The position numbers were made by a program, and so were the translations under genes. This document shows, in pieces, positions 1 through 7,721 of a stretch of 36,728 nucleotides of DNA (position 1 is its first letter; each line of letters begins with the position of its first letter). The notes beneath the pieces were generated by a model. That model was not told the origin of the DNA, did no database searches, and saw nothing but the letters and a program-made list of their open reading frames with translations. The stretch comes from Microcoleaceae cyanobacterium (lineage in GTDB: Bacteria > Cyanobacteriota > Cyanobacteriia > Cyanobacteriales > Microcoleaceae), in assembly GCA_051652765.1 (NCBI GenBank), contig JBOFUV010000084.1, positions 1 through 36,728 of the forward strand, read 5' to 3'.

Positions 1-2
1 TT

Positions 3-200
3 GCTATTGGCGGATCTTTGGCGGGTAAAAGCAAAAAGCTCAGAGCTGAAAACTTAAAGAGGCTTGATTTCTTCAGAGAAAAAGCTGAATCCATGACAAA
101 GGAAGAATTGGATCAAGCGATTGCTGAATTTGATAGAGAATTTGATGGCGATCCCCCAAAATCCCAAATCCTTATCCACATCAAAAAAAATAACGCCTGA
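3..200 (+). CDS. 3' end of a hypothetical protein, probably truncated by the window edge
   Basis: The frame is open from position 3 (AIGGSLAGKSKK...) to TGA at 198-200. The protein is charged and helical; no family recognised. Confidence 0.4.
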   Translation, partial: AIGGSLAGKSKKLRAENLKRLDFFREKAESMTKEELDQAIAEFDREFDGDPPKSQILIHIKKNNA

Positions 201-333
201 TGAATTCACCTCGTCGGTGAATCGCCCCCAGCGGGTTCGGCTGGTCGGTGGCTCTGAGGCAGAGCAGAAAGCCCACGCCTGGGCTAGCGGAGAAGGGCAG
301 CGCAGCCCTTCATCGCCTCTCCGAAAGGAGAGC

Positions 334-492
334 GAGATAGGGGCAAGGATGCATGGATTTTTTAGCAGAAATGGCGCTTAGCGCTTACTCCTTTCACGAG
401 TCCAGCTCCTTGTCTATCTATCTCTCCACAACAGGCTTTAAAGATGAATTGGTTATCACTTTGGGTGATTCGTGAGCCGTTTTAAGTGTGGA
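334..492 (+). ncRNA. Predicted IS110 bridge RNA with two stem/internal-loop/hairpin domains
   Basis: Domain 1: stem 334-360/398-424, internal loop 361-372 and 386-397, apical GGCGC-TTA-GCGCT. Domain 2: TCCACA 425-430/TGTGGA 487-492 enclosing ATCACT-TTG-GGTGAT. Loop segment 388-396 is the exact reverse complement of 2021-2029. The region lies directly upstream of an IS110 recombinase. Confidence 0.65.
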
Positions 493-522
493 AATAGCGT
501 AACCCTTTAATAGCTTAAAAAT

Positions 523-1959
523 ATGACACTTCGCATCATTGGTGGCGATGTGTGTCGGGGCTCCCTGGTTTGCTGGGAGCTGGGCACTGTGCCGAAAAAA
601 TTCAAGGAGCATTTCAAGGAAAACAAACGCAAGAGTACCAAGGCTAGCCCTGATCCGTTGCAGTTCCACTTGAATTCCCTGGGCGTAGCTGATTTTGTCA
701 GTTTCTTGGAAGGCTCCCATCCACTGACTGAGAACAAGGTTAAAGCAAATGCCTTGATCATGGAACCAACTGGAGTCCATTACTCATGGTTATTTGCGAA
801 AATCAGCGAGAGTCATGGAGTTCCGGTGCGGTGGGTAGGTCATCAAGAAGCGGTCTTTCTCCGTCGCCAGGAACGCCTACCCGATAAAAACGACCAGGCT
901 GATGCTCTAGCTCTAGCTTCCTACGCATTAAGCCATTGGGATAAAGGGGAATTCTTCCTCAATTTTTATCCCTTCCCGATAACAAGGATCAGGGAGTTGT
1001 TTCTACAGTTGCGATTCCTCAATCGGATACAGTCTCCGCTGATCAATCGGGGCAAACAGCAATTGTCTCGTGAATTCCCAGAAGCGGCCACCATGGAATC
1101 TCAACTTGCCTCAGATGGGCTTTCCCCCCTATGGGCTTGGTTAGCGGGGGAGAAACGAGAATTAAAAAGAGACCGTGACTACTATGGAAAGTTGTACAAA
1201 AAGTCGATTGCTGTAGAGTATGGCGTTGAGCTATGCAACTTTACCCGCACCGTTGCCGGGTTCTTGTGCAATATACACCGATGGGAACTAAAGCTAAAAA
1301 CAGAATTGTGTGAGCTGCTAGCCTATCCAGAGTTTGAGCCTTACATGAGGGTCTTTGATCGGTATGGATTTAAGCTCAAAGTTAAGGCGATTCTGCTGTC
1401 CCAAATTTATCCGATCAGTAGGTTTGATAATCTTGGCGGCTTCAAACGGCGACTGGGGTTTGGGCAAGTTGAGGAAAGTTCCGGGGACAAGAAAGGATTC
1501 AGGAAGGGAGGGGGTAGTCAGTTGTGTAAGGTGGAATTGAATTTGTGGGTTTACACTTGCATTGTTAGGCCAGAAAGACGGATATCGGCTGACAGAGTTC
1601 AGGAGATAGGGCGGTTTTACGATGAGCGCTTGGCTCGATTTACTTCCGATCCTCAGGTTGCCAAGATCAGAGCCATTGAGAAAATGTTTAAGGCTCAAGA
1701 GAAGCTAATTGAGTCCATGGAGAGACAGGCAAAAATCCAGGGAAGCTCCATGATGGAAGCCCAGGTCATGCTAATGAGGCAGAATCTAGATCTCACAAAG
1801 AAGACGATGGTTGAAGCTATCCGTCAGGGGGTGAATGTAAAAATTCCACAAGCAGAAGAGGAAAAGGCCGGGAAAAACTGCGGAATGTTAGTTGCTTGTC
1901 AGACTGCGGCATTCTCCCTCAGGCGCTTGTTTAAAGATCTCAAACAAACGGTTCTGTAA
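523..1959 (+). CDS. IS110-family transposase/recombinase (RuvC-like DEDD domain plus Tnp20-like Ser domain), divergent
   Basis: Motifs IIGGD, MEPTG, KNDQADALALA, GFGQVEESSG and GGSQLCKVEL, ending in FYDERL...GK...AFSLRRLF. Confidence 0.9.
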   Translation: MTLRIIGGDVCRGSLVCWELGTVPKKFKEHFKENKRKSTKASPDPLQFHLNSLGVADFVSFLEGSHPLTENKVKANALIMEPTGVHYSWLFAKISESHGVPVRWVGHQEAVFLRRQERLPDKNDQADALALASYALSHWDKGEFFLNFYPFPITRIRELFLQLRFLNRIQSPLINRGKQQLSREFPEAATMESQLASDGLSPLWAWLAGEKRELKRDRDYYGKLYKKSIAVEYGVELCNFTRTVAGFLCNIHRWELKLKTELCELLAYPEFEPYMRVFDRYGFKLKVKAILLSQIYPISRFDNLGGFKRRLGFGQVEESSGDKKGFRKGGGSQLCKVELNLWVYTCIVRPERRISADRVQEIGRFYDERLARFTSDPQVAKIRAIEKMFKAQEKLIESMERQAKIQGSSMMEAQVMLMRQNLDLTKKTMVEAIRQGVNVKIPQAEEEKAGKNCGMLVACQTAAFSLRRLFKDLKQTVL

Positions 1960-1964
1960 CTGTT

Positions 1965-1998
1965 AATTCCCCCAGCAATTATTGTTGGGGGAATTTTA
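1965..1998 (+). terminator. Strong hairpin / intrinsic terminator after the recombinase
   Basis: AATTCCCCCAGCAAT-T-ATTGTTGGGGGAATT, with one G-U pair on the + strand, ending in TTTT. Confidence 0.7.
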
Positions 1999-2084
1999 AG
2001 AGAGCGATATCGTCGTAAGATGAAAGGAGAGAAATTTAGCCGAGTCCAATCCATCCAGAACCTAGTGCATTGAGGGGATGAAAA

Positions 2085-2333
2085 ATGTGCATTTGTGTGA
2101 ACTGTGAGTATGTTGATCGCTGTCTGACCTACCATGCCGTTGAGGGACAGCACCAGGAACCCCATCTGACCGAATCTCCGGATTTTGAACCCATTGAACC
2201 AACGATAAACGTCAATATTCGCACCTGTGACGAGGAAATTCAGATGGAATGGGATGTGGTGGGTTGTAACAGTTTTAAACAAGAACTGGGTAAGTGGTCA
2301 AGGCTGCGTCCAGGGCAATTGGTTCCAACTTAA
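2085..2333 (+). CDS. ycf34: Ycf34 family Fe-S protein
   Basis: MCICVNCEYVDRCLTYHAVE...PDFEP...EWDVVGC.SF..E.GKWSRLRPG signature. Confidence 0.95.
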   Translation: MCICVNCEYVDRCLTYHAVEGQHQEPHLTESPDFEPIEPTINVNIRTCDEEIQMEWDVVGCNSFKQELGKWSRLRPGQLVPT

Positions 2334-2393
2334 AGTCTGCTTCCGGATGCAATCCTTGATAATTGCCATTAAATCTTGACAATTGCCATTGAG

Positions 2394-2514
2394 TACAGCC
2401 GTTTTTGTCTAGTGATAATTCAGAGTACTTCCCCAAGTGACTAACCTTTAAGTCTTCCTTGGAAAAGGGGACTTGAATAACTGAGATGTCTCTGATGATT
2501 CAAAAACTGCTGTA
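2394..2514. mobile_element. MITE-like repeat, copy 1
   Basis: Terminal inverted repeats TACAGCCGTTTTTG / CAAAAACTGCTGTA (13/14). The interior is homologous to the reverse complement of 12408-12550. Confidence 0.7.
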
Positions 2515-2550
2515 ACTAACAACAAGTGACTAACCTTAAGTGACTAACCT
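2435..2550 (+). repeat. Three copies of AAGTGACTAACCT
   Basis: Exact 13-mers at 2435-2447, 2524-2536 and 2538-2550, just upstream of the kinase ATG. Confidence 0.85.
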
Positions 2551-2553
2551 GAG

Positions 2554-4449
2554 ATGAGTTACTGCTTCAATCCTCGCTGCCAACACCCTCAAAATCCAGG
2601 TGATGCTCAGTTGTGCCAGAGTTGTGGCTCGGCGTTAGTCCTGAATTCGTTATCTGATGAATATTCGCCTGACTTCTTAACTGACGCATCAAACAGTTTA
2701 GACAGTGCCGCAACGCCTCAAATCACGTCTCAAGTAGAATCCCAGGATGCATCCCAATATCGCGGGATCAAGCTATTAGGTCAAGGTGGGTTTGGGAGAA
2801 CGTTTTTAGTGGTTGATCAAGTTCATCCTTGGCAGCCTCGTGCTGTTGTCAAGCAACTGTTTTCCCAGGAAGTGTTTTTCCAGGAAGTGTTTTCCCAGGA
2901 AGCAACCGGAGAGCGAACGGTAGATCGTTTTTATCAAGAAGCTCAGCAGTTAAATCTGTTGGGAAAACATCCTCAAATTCCGACCTTTATCTCCTGTTTT
3001 GAACAGGAGAGCTACTATTACTTGGTTCAGGAATTTATCGAAGGAGAAAACCTGGCTCAGGAGTTGTCTAGAAAAGAAACGTTTCGTGAATCTGAGATTC
3101 AACAGCTTCTCCAAGAACTCTTGCCTGTTCTAGAATTTGTTCATCGACACAAAATCATTCACCGCGATATTAAACCTGAGAATATTATCCGTCGCCCGGT
3201 GATGAGTTTAGGAGGGCGTAAAAGTTTAGTCCTTGTTGATTTTGGAGCAGCTAAACTAGTTACGACTGCTCAACAAAAGCAAGTGGGTACGGTGATTGGG
3301 AGTGCTGCCTACACCGCCCCTGAACAATTAATGGGAAAAGCAACCTTCGCTAGCGATCTTTACAGTTTAGGGGTAACTTGTATTCATTTATTGACCGGTT
3401 TACCTCCATTTGATCTATTTGATAGTCACAATGGCGTTTGGGCATGGCAGGATTATTTAAAAACACCCATTAGCCGTGAACTGACTCAGGTTCTAGATCA
3501 GATGTTAGAACATGCCGTCAATCGGCGTTTTCCCTCAGCAACTGCAGTGTTGCGATATATTAGGCCCCATTCTAAGTACATTGGGATGCTGCCTGGATTG
3601 AAGATTCAGAAACGTCTTCAACAACACCCTATTCAGTACTTTTCAGGGCAGAAAAGGATTCAAGCGTCACCTCAAACGTCACCTCAAAACCTTCAGATTC
3701 AAGCTCAGTTACACCCAGAACAGCTACAGATTGCAACAATTCAAGCCACTTTACAGAATGCCATTTTACAAAGCGCCACTTTACAAAATACCACTTTACA
3801 ATATGTTTTGGATGCCTATCAAATTGAGGTTCAGGTCAGTCAGGCCAAGAAAAACCAACTGACAATTGTGTTGAACCGCACCCCAGAAACAACCGCTCAA
3901 TATAGACAACTAGCTCAGATTATTAGCGATCAGTTAACTGTGTTGCAACTTAAAGCAATTCACCGGGTCAAAATTCTAGGCCGAGTCAAAACCCAAACCG
4001 TACCTGAGTGGCAAACTGTCCTAAAGTTAGATCGGGGTATCCAACTCAGAAATTATTTGATTCGTCTACAAAATCATCCTTGGTTTTTAGACTGTTTAAA
4101 ACTTAGATTAAAACTCAGAACTCAAGAGTTCTGGCTCTCTCAAATCCATCGTAAGGAATTTTGGATGGATGGTTTGATGGTCGGAATGATTGCGTTTATC
4201 TTTACTCGAAGTATTGTGGTTTTTACTCCTGTTCTAGGACTTCTCGTTGCCATCGGTTTTTGGGGAGTCAAGCGCCGCGTCAGCCAAACTACAGATTTAG
4301 ATATTAATGTCTTATTTGGCACTGTTACAACTCTGTTTATTGTCCTGGGAAGTTTAAATATCAGGGTTTGGACAGAGGGATCATTTGGTGTTATCCTAGC
4401 CGGATTATTCATCGCCATGCCAACTTTTTATGGGCGAGGAGAAAGTTAA
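2554..4449 (+). CDS. Hanks-type Ser/Thr protein kinase with N-terminal Cys4 motif and C-terminal membrane segments
   Basis: MSYCFNPRC...CQSCG, GQGGFG, VVK, HRDIKPEN, DFG, APE and DLYSLG; hydrophobic C-terminus. Confidence 0.93.
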   Translation: MSYCFNPRCQHPQNPGDAQLCQSCGSALVLNSLSDEYSPDFLTDASNSLDSAATPQITSQVESQDASQYRGIKLLGQGGFGRTFLVVDQVHPWQPRAVVKQLFSQEVFFQEVFSQEATGERTVDRFYQEAQQLNLLGKHPQIPTFISCFEQESYYYLVQEFIEGENLAQELSRKETFRESEIQQLLQELLPVLEFVHRHKIIHRDIKPENIIRRPVMSLGGRKSLVLVDFGAAKLVTTAQQKQVGTVIGSAAYTAPEQLMGKATFASDLYSLGVTCIHLLTGLPPFDLFDSHNGVWAWQDYLKTPISRELTQVLDQMLEHAVNRRFPSATAVLRYIRPHSKYIGMLPGLKIQKRLQQHPIQYFSGQKRIQASPQTSPQNLQIQAQLHPEQLQIATIQATLQNAILQSATLQNTTLQYVLDAYQIEVQVSQAKKNQLTIVLNRTPETTAQYRQLAQIISDQLTVLQLKAIHRVKILGRVKTQTVPEWQTVLKLDRGIQLRNYLIRLQNHPWFLDCLKLRLKLRTQEFWLSQIHRKEFWMDGLMVGMIAFIFTRSIVVFTPVLGLLVAIGFWGVKRRVSQTTDLDINVLFGTVTTLFIVLGSLNIRVWTEGSFGVILAGLFIAMPTFYGRGES

Positions 4450-4454
4450 ACCCA

Positions 4455-5159
4455 GTGTCAAGTTCATTCAATCCTATTCCCAATCTTGTTCATCGCTCTG
4501 CTCAAAATTACGCTCTGGCGTTGCATACTAGTAGCCCTGAACTGGGGTTGGCAATTCACACCATCACAGATGAATTTACAGATGAATTCACAGGCCAAAG
4601 TCGCTGTCAAACCTGGAATTTGGGACGGGATCTCTCGACTCAACTTCACCAACATTTAGCTGAATTTCTCCAGCCTCAAACTTGGTCAGACTTGGCTTGG
4701 ATTGCTGTTGCAGTTGGCCCTGGAAGCTTTACCGGAACTCGTATGGGAGTGGTCACCGCTAGAACCCTGGCCCAACAATTAAACATTCCATTATTCGGAA
4801 TTTCTACCCTAAAGGCTGCTGCCTGGTTTTACCTGACCCAGGAAAAAATAACCGCTGCTCATCCGGCGATCGCCCTTCAACTCGCCGCTCAGCGTGGAGA
4901 ATTATTGGTCGCCATCTATGCCCACAATTCAGAGAATGGCTTAACCGAATTGCTTGCAGATGCCCTCATGTCTGTTGAAACTTGGCAAGAAACGCTATCA
5001 AATTGGCCAACCCCTTATCACTTAATTCAGGTTGAAGGGGGTTTGGGAAAAGGAGCAGGCAGCTTACTTGAACTCGCCCGTTTGAATTGGCGGTGTGGGC
5101 AGTTGCCCCACTGGTCTGAAGTCGTGCCCTTTTATGGACAACATCCGGTTGAAATCTAA
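4455..5159 (+). CDS. tsaB: tRNA threonylcarbamoyladenosine biosynthesis protein TsaB
   Basis: LALHTSS, AVAVGPGSFTGTRMG...ARTLAQQL..PL.GISTL, C-terminal PFYG. The start is uncertain; an in-frame GTG at 4455 avoids overlap with the kinase. Confidence 0.92.
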   Translation: MSSSFNPIPNLVHRSAQNYALALHTSSPELGLAIHTITDEFTDEFTGQSRCQTWNLGRDLSTQLHQHLAEFLQPQTWSDLAWIAVAVGPGSFTGTRMGVVTARTLAQQLNIPLFGISTLKAAAWFYLTQEKITAAHPAIALQLAAQRGELLVAIYAHNSENGLTELLADALMSVETWQETLSNWPTPYHLIQVEGGLGKGAGSLLELARLNWRCGQLPHWSEVVPFYGQHPVEI

Positions 5160-5170
5160 GGAGTTGAAAT

Positions 5171-5240
5171 TTAATCCAATTCTATTAATTCAATCCTATT
5201 AATTCAATCCTAATTAATTTAATCCTAATTAATTCAATCC
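5171..5240. repeat. Five tandem 14-15-bp units TTAATTCAATCCTA(A) between convergent genes
   Basis: Units start at 5171, 5185, 5199, 5214 and 5229. The last unit is the GLN-stop tail of the GTPase gene. Confidence 0.85.
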
Positions 5241-7154
5241 GAACGAATCCGGGTTCAGGTAAAATTCAAATCTCTCTTGCAACTGCTGAACCGTTAACCC
5301 TTGAGTCCAGTGCTCAACTAGAGCATGACCCAAAGCCCAAGCATTCCGATCGGGTGTGCCAAAATTGTTTAGTAAAAGCGGCCAGAGGGCCATCAGCTCA
5401 AAGTTCAGGGGTTTTTCATCGGTTTCCTTTAGCAAGGAAAATAAGTCGTAAGCCATTTGGAGCTTGCCAATCACAACCGGCAACTGTTCCACCGGAATTT
5501 GTTCTGCCAACACATAAGCCAAGCTTGGTGACCCAGTTGTTAAGGTGGCAATAAATTGGAGGACTGGACTTTTGAGCAGAGCTGTCAACCCTTGGGTTGT
5601 CGCCATTTGAAAGGTGTAGTGATCAATAATTTTCGCAGCAGCCACGGTTCGAGCGTCCAGGTTTCGCAAAAATCGCGCCAATCTGAGTTGTTTGGCTGGG
5701 TTAATCGCTTCCACCAATACCACGGAGAGAACATCAATATTCCAGGCCAAGCGGCCTGTCTGTCCATCTGCGGTAACAATCGGCAAAATCCGGTCACAAA
5801 ATTCTCCAAGTTGCTCAGTCCGATAGGCCGTGGCAGCCTGAATCGCAATTTCTTTAGGGCGCTTCCCAAATTGCCAGTCGTAGGGCGGATTCCATTCCCG
5901 CAGCGGTCGTAACCGATCCACTTGGGTAACAACCGCGATCGCGGGTAAATCTCTTACCTCTGCTTTCATATCCCGAAGAAAGTCAGCATCCATCTGTAGT
6001 GCTGGGTCGAGGGCAGGAGTGACAAGCAACAACAGATCCGCAGTATTGGCATAGTCCAACACCAAGTCCCGCAGGTCAGTCCGGTTCACCTGTTCATACC
6101 CAGGAGTATCCCACAGCGTCAGGGTTTCGCCTGTGGTTCCTTGCCAATGATACTGTTTAACGTGATCTGTACTGGGCAACACATCTACCGCCGCCAAATC
6201 CATCTGGAACACCGTATTGATCAAACTACTCTTGCCTGCTCCAGTGCGCCCCACAAGCAAAATATTCACGGGTTTTTGTGCTACCACTTCCACAGGTTCC
6301 GCTTTTGCCAGAATCTCCTGGAGAGTTTTAGTTTTGGCTTTGGGTAGGGTCTGAGTAGAAACAGACGGCTCAACCGGCAAGGCTTTGCCACTGTAGAGCG
6401 CAATCGCTTGTTGGCAAAGGGTGCGTAAGGCGTTCTCTCGCAAGGCTTGACTCAGGTTGACCAATAGTTCTTGGGTGGCGCGATCGTTTGAGCGTTGGGT
6501 GGTTTGGCGAGCTAGGGCGGCGGCGGGGTTGATCAACCACTGGGCCCAACTCCAAACTTGCCAAAGTCGGCGAGCTGAAGGCTCTAACTGACGATAGACT
6601 TCATAGGCTTGATAAGCTTGTCCAACCGTGACCTGGTTTAAGGTTGGGGACAATTTTTGCATCCACCGATCAGTCTCGTCTACGGTTCCCCGGATGAGTC
6701 CGTAGGCTTGGGGAACATAAATATTCAGCAGGGGGTACTTGACTTCAGGATGATAGACCTGGGCAACTTCGACCACGACCGTTTGACAACGCTGCCAAAA
6801 TGTCCCCCAATCCTCCCAAACCGGAGGATCGTTGCGGGTCTCGTTCAAGATACCCTGCAACGCAATTTCTAGCTTGCTCACTGCTTCATGCTGAGGCAGG
6901 GCTGCCATCTCCAGGGTTTGGGCCTTGATCTCCTGATCTACCTCTGCCACCGCCGTTGCCAACTGAGCGGCTATCGGTTTTGTCCACTTCACCAATAGCC
7001 ACCGCCAACCGACAAGAACCAGGGTAAAGATTGCCCAAATCCAGCTCAGGCCCCACTCATGAATTTGCCAACCTGCTGCTCCCAAAAGGAACGCAACAAT
7101 GAAGCCGATGGGAAGGATTAACACTACCCATTGCCAAGGTTTGAGTCGCATCAT
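5229..7154 (-). CDS. Membrane-anchored P-loop GTPase (Era/MMR_HSR1-like domain with a YcjF/DUF697-like C-terminus)
   Basis: Two N-terminal TM helices, G1 GRTGAGKSS, G3 DTPG, G4 TQVD. Confidence 0.85.
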   Translation of the reverse strand: MMRLKPWQWVVLILPIGFIVAFLLGAAGWQIHEWGLSWIWAIFTLVLVGWRWLLVKWTKPIAAQLATAVAEVDQEIKAQTLEMAALPQHEAVSKLEIALQGILNETRNDPPVWEDWGTFWQRCQTVVVEVAQVYHPEVKYPLLNIYVPQAYGLIRGTVDETDRWMQKLSPTLNQVTVGQAYQAYEVYRQLEPSARRLWQVWSWAQWLINPAAALARQTTQRSNDRATQELLVNLSQALRENALRTLCQQAIALYSGKALPVEPSVSTQTLPKAKTKTLQEILAKAEPVEVVAQKPVNILLVGRTGAGKSSLINTVFQMDLAAVDVLPSTDHVKQYHWQGTTGETLTLWDTPGYEQVNRTDLRDLVLDYANTADLLLLVTPALDPALQMDADFLRDMKAEVRDLPAIAVVTQVDRLRPLREWNPPYDWQFGKRPKEIAIQAATAYRTEQLGEFCDRILPIVTADGQTGRLAWNIDVLSVVLVEAINPAKQLRLARFLRNLDARTVAAAKIIDHYTFQMATTQGLTALLKSPVLQFIATLTTGSPSLAYVLAEQIPVEQLPVVIGKLQMAYDLFSLLKETDEKPLNFELMALWPLLLNNFGTPDRNAWALGHALVEHWTQGLTVQQLQERFEFYLNPDSFGLN

Positions 7155-7234
7155 GCGTTTTGCCCCATTGATTCAAATCAATTCTAGCGCTGAACCTGTC
7201 TGGATTCTCTCCAGCGAACACTCTTTAAGATAAG

Positions 7235-7252
7235 GGTGCTAGATCTAGCACC
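7235..7252. terminator. Perfect 18-bp palindrome just after the queD-like stop; probable terminator or operator
   Basis: GGTGCTAGATCTAGCACC equals its own reverse complement. Confidence 0.5.
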
Positions 7253-7257
7253 AGGTT

Positions 7258-7716
7258 TTACGCCAGATCTGACGCAAGCTTTAAGATCGTTATGCGGTTG
7301 GGGGTCTCTGAAACACTGACCTTGAGCAGTTGCCCATGGGAATCTACGGGAATTTGAGCAAAGTAAAGGCAGATCTCCTCAGTTGTGCCGTGGGGACAGG
7401 CCGGATGTTGGTTAATCACTGCGGGTAATTGCTCAATCCAGAAGGCCAAGCGATTTTCCATTTCGACCATATCCAGTCCATACAGGTCTCCGGGTTGACA
7501 GATCGCCTGCAATTCCAGGGTAACTTCGAAGGTATGAACGTGCAGATCAAACCAGATGGGTGGGTTGCAATGCTGTCGGCGAAAGCTGCCTTTGATGCAG
7601 TACGTGAACGTGATCGCCCCCTGTTGATGCTGTTGATGGGGGGGGATGACATTTTGACAGGGAATCTGAACGCTATCTTGCCGGTGGGAAGGACAGTGGG
7701 AATGACTGTTGTGCAT
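7258..7716 (-). CDS. QueD/6-pyruvoyl-tetrahydropterin synthase-like T-fold protein, atypical
   Basis: F..QH...LHVHTFEV, GLDM, IN......GTTEEI and V.VSET follow the PTPS motif order. It starts 5 bp after the queE stop. Confidence 0.7.
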   Translation of the reverse strand: MHNSHSHCPSHRQDSVQIPCQNVIPPHQQHQQGAITFTYCIKGSFRRQHCNPPIWFDLHVHTFEVTLELQAICQPGDLYGLDMVEMENRLAFWIEQLPAVINQHPACPHGTTEEICLYFAQIPVDSHGQLLKVSVSETPNRITILKLASDLA

Positions 7717-7721
7717 GGGAC

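Larger units (their letters stand above)
271..2022 (+). mobile_element. IS110-family element; right end ~2020-2022, left end uncertain (271 or outside the window)
   Basis: Recombinase with a long structured upstream non-coding end and a short downstream end. No terminal inverted repeats seen. Junctions inferred from matches to the bridge-RNA loops. Confidence 0.6.

Noticed and set aside
197..226. Hammerhead ribozyme (CTGATGA followed by a stem)
   Set aside because: The stem is followed by CGCC, not GAAA, and stems I and III cannot be formed.
121..381. 86-aa ORF
   Set aside because: It has a TTG start, overlaps another ORF and the hairpin run, and shows no protein motif.
200..522. TIGR or CRISPR-like array next to the IS110-related protein
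   Set aside because: No periodic repeat-spacer units, and the protein keeps the recombinase SSG serine.
2030..2040. AGAAAT-TTAGC resembles a permutation of loop 361-372
   Set aside because: Two 6-nt AT-rich matches in swapped order do not fit guide geometry; probably chance.
4368..4454. N-terminal extension of TsaB in the ORF track
   Set aside because: It overlaps the kinase 3' end and is not TsaB-like.
5171..5240. Mini CRISPR array
   Set aside because: The units abut with no spacers; it is a simple tandem repeat.
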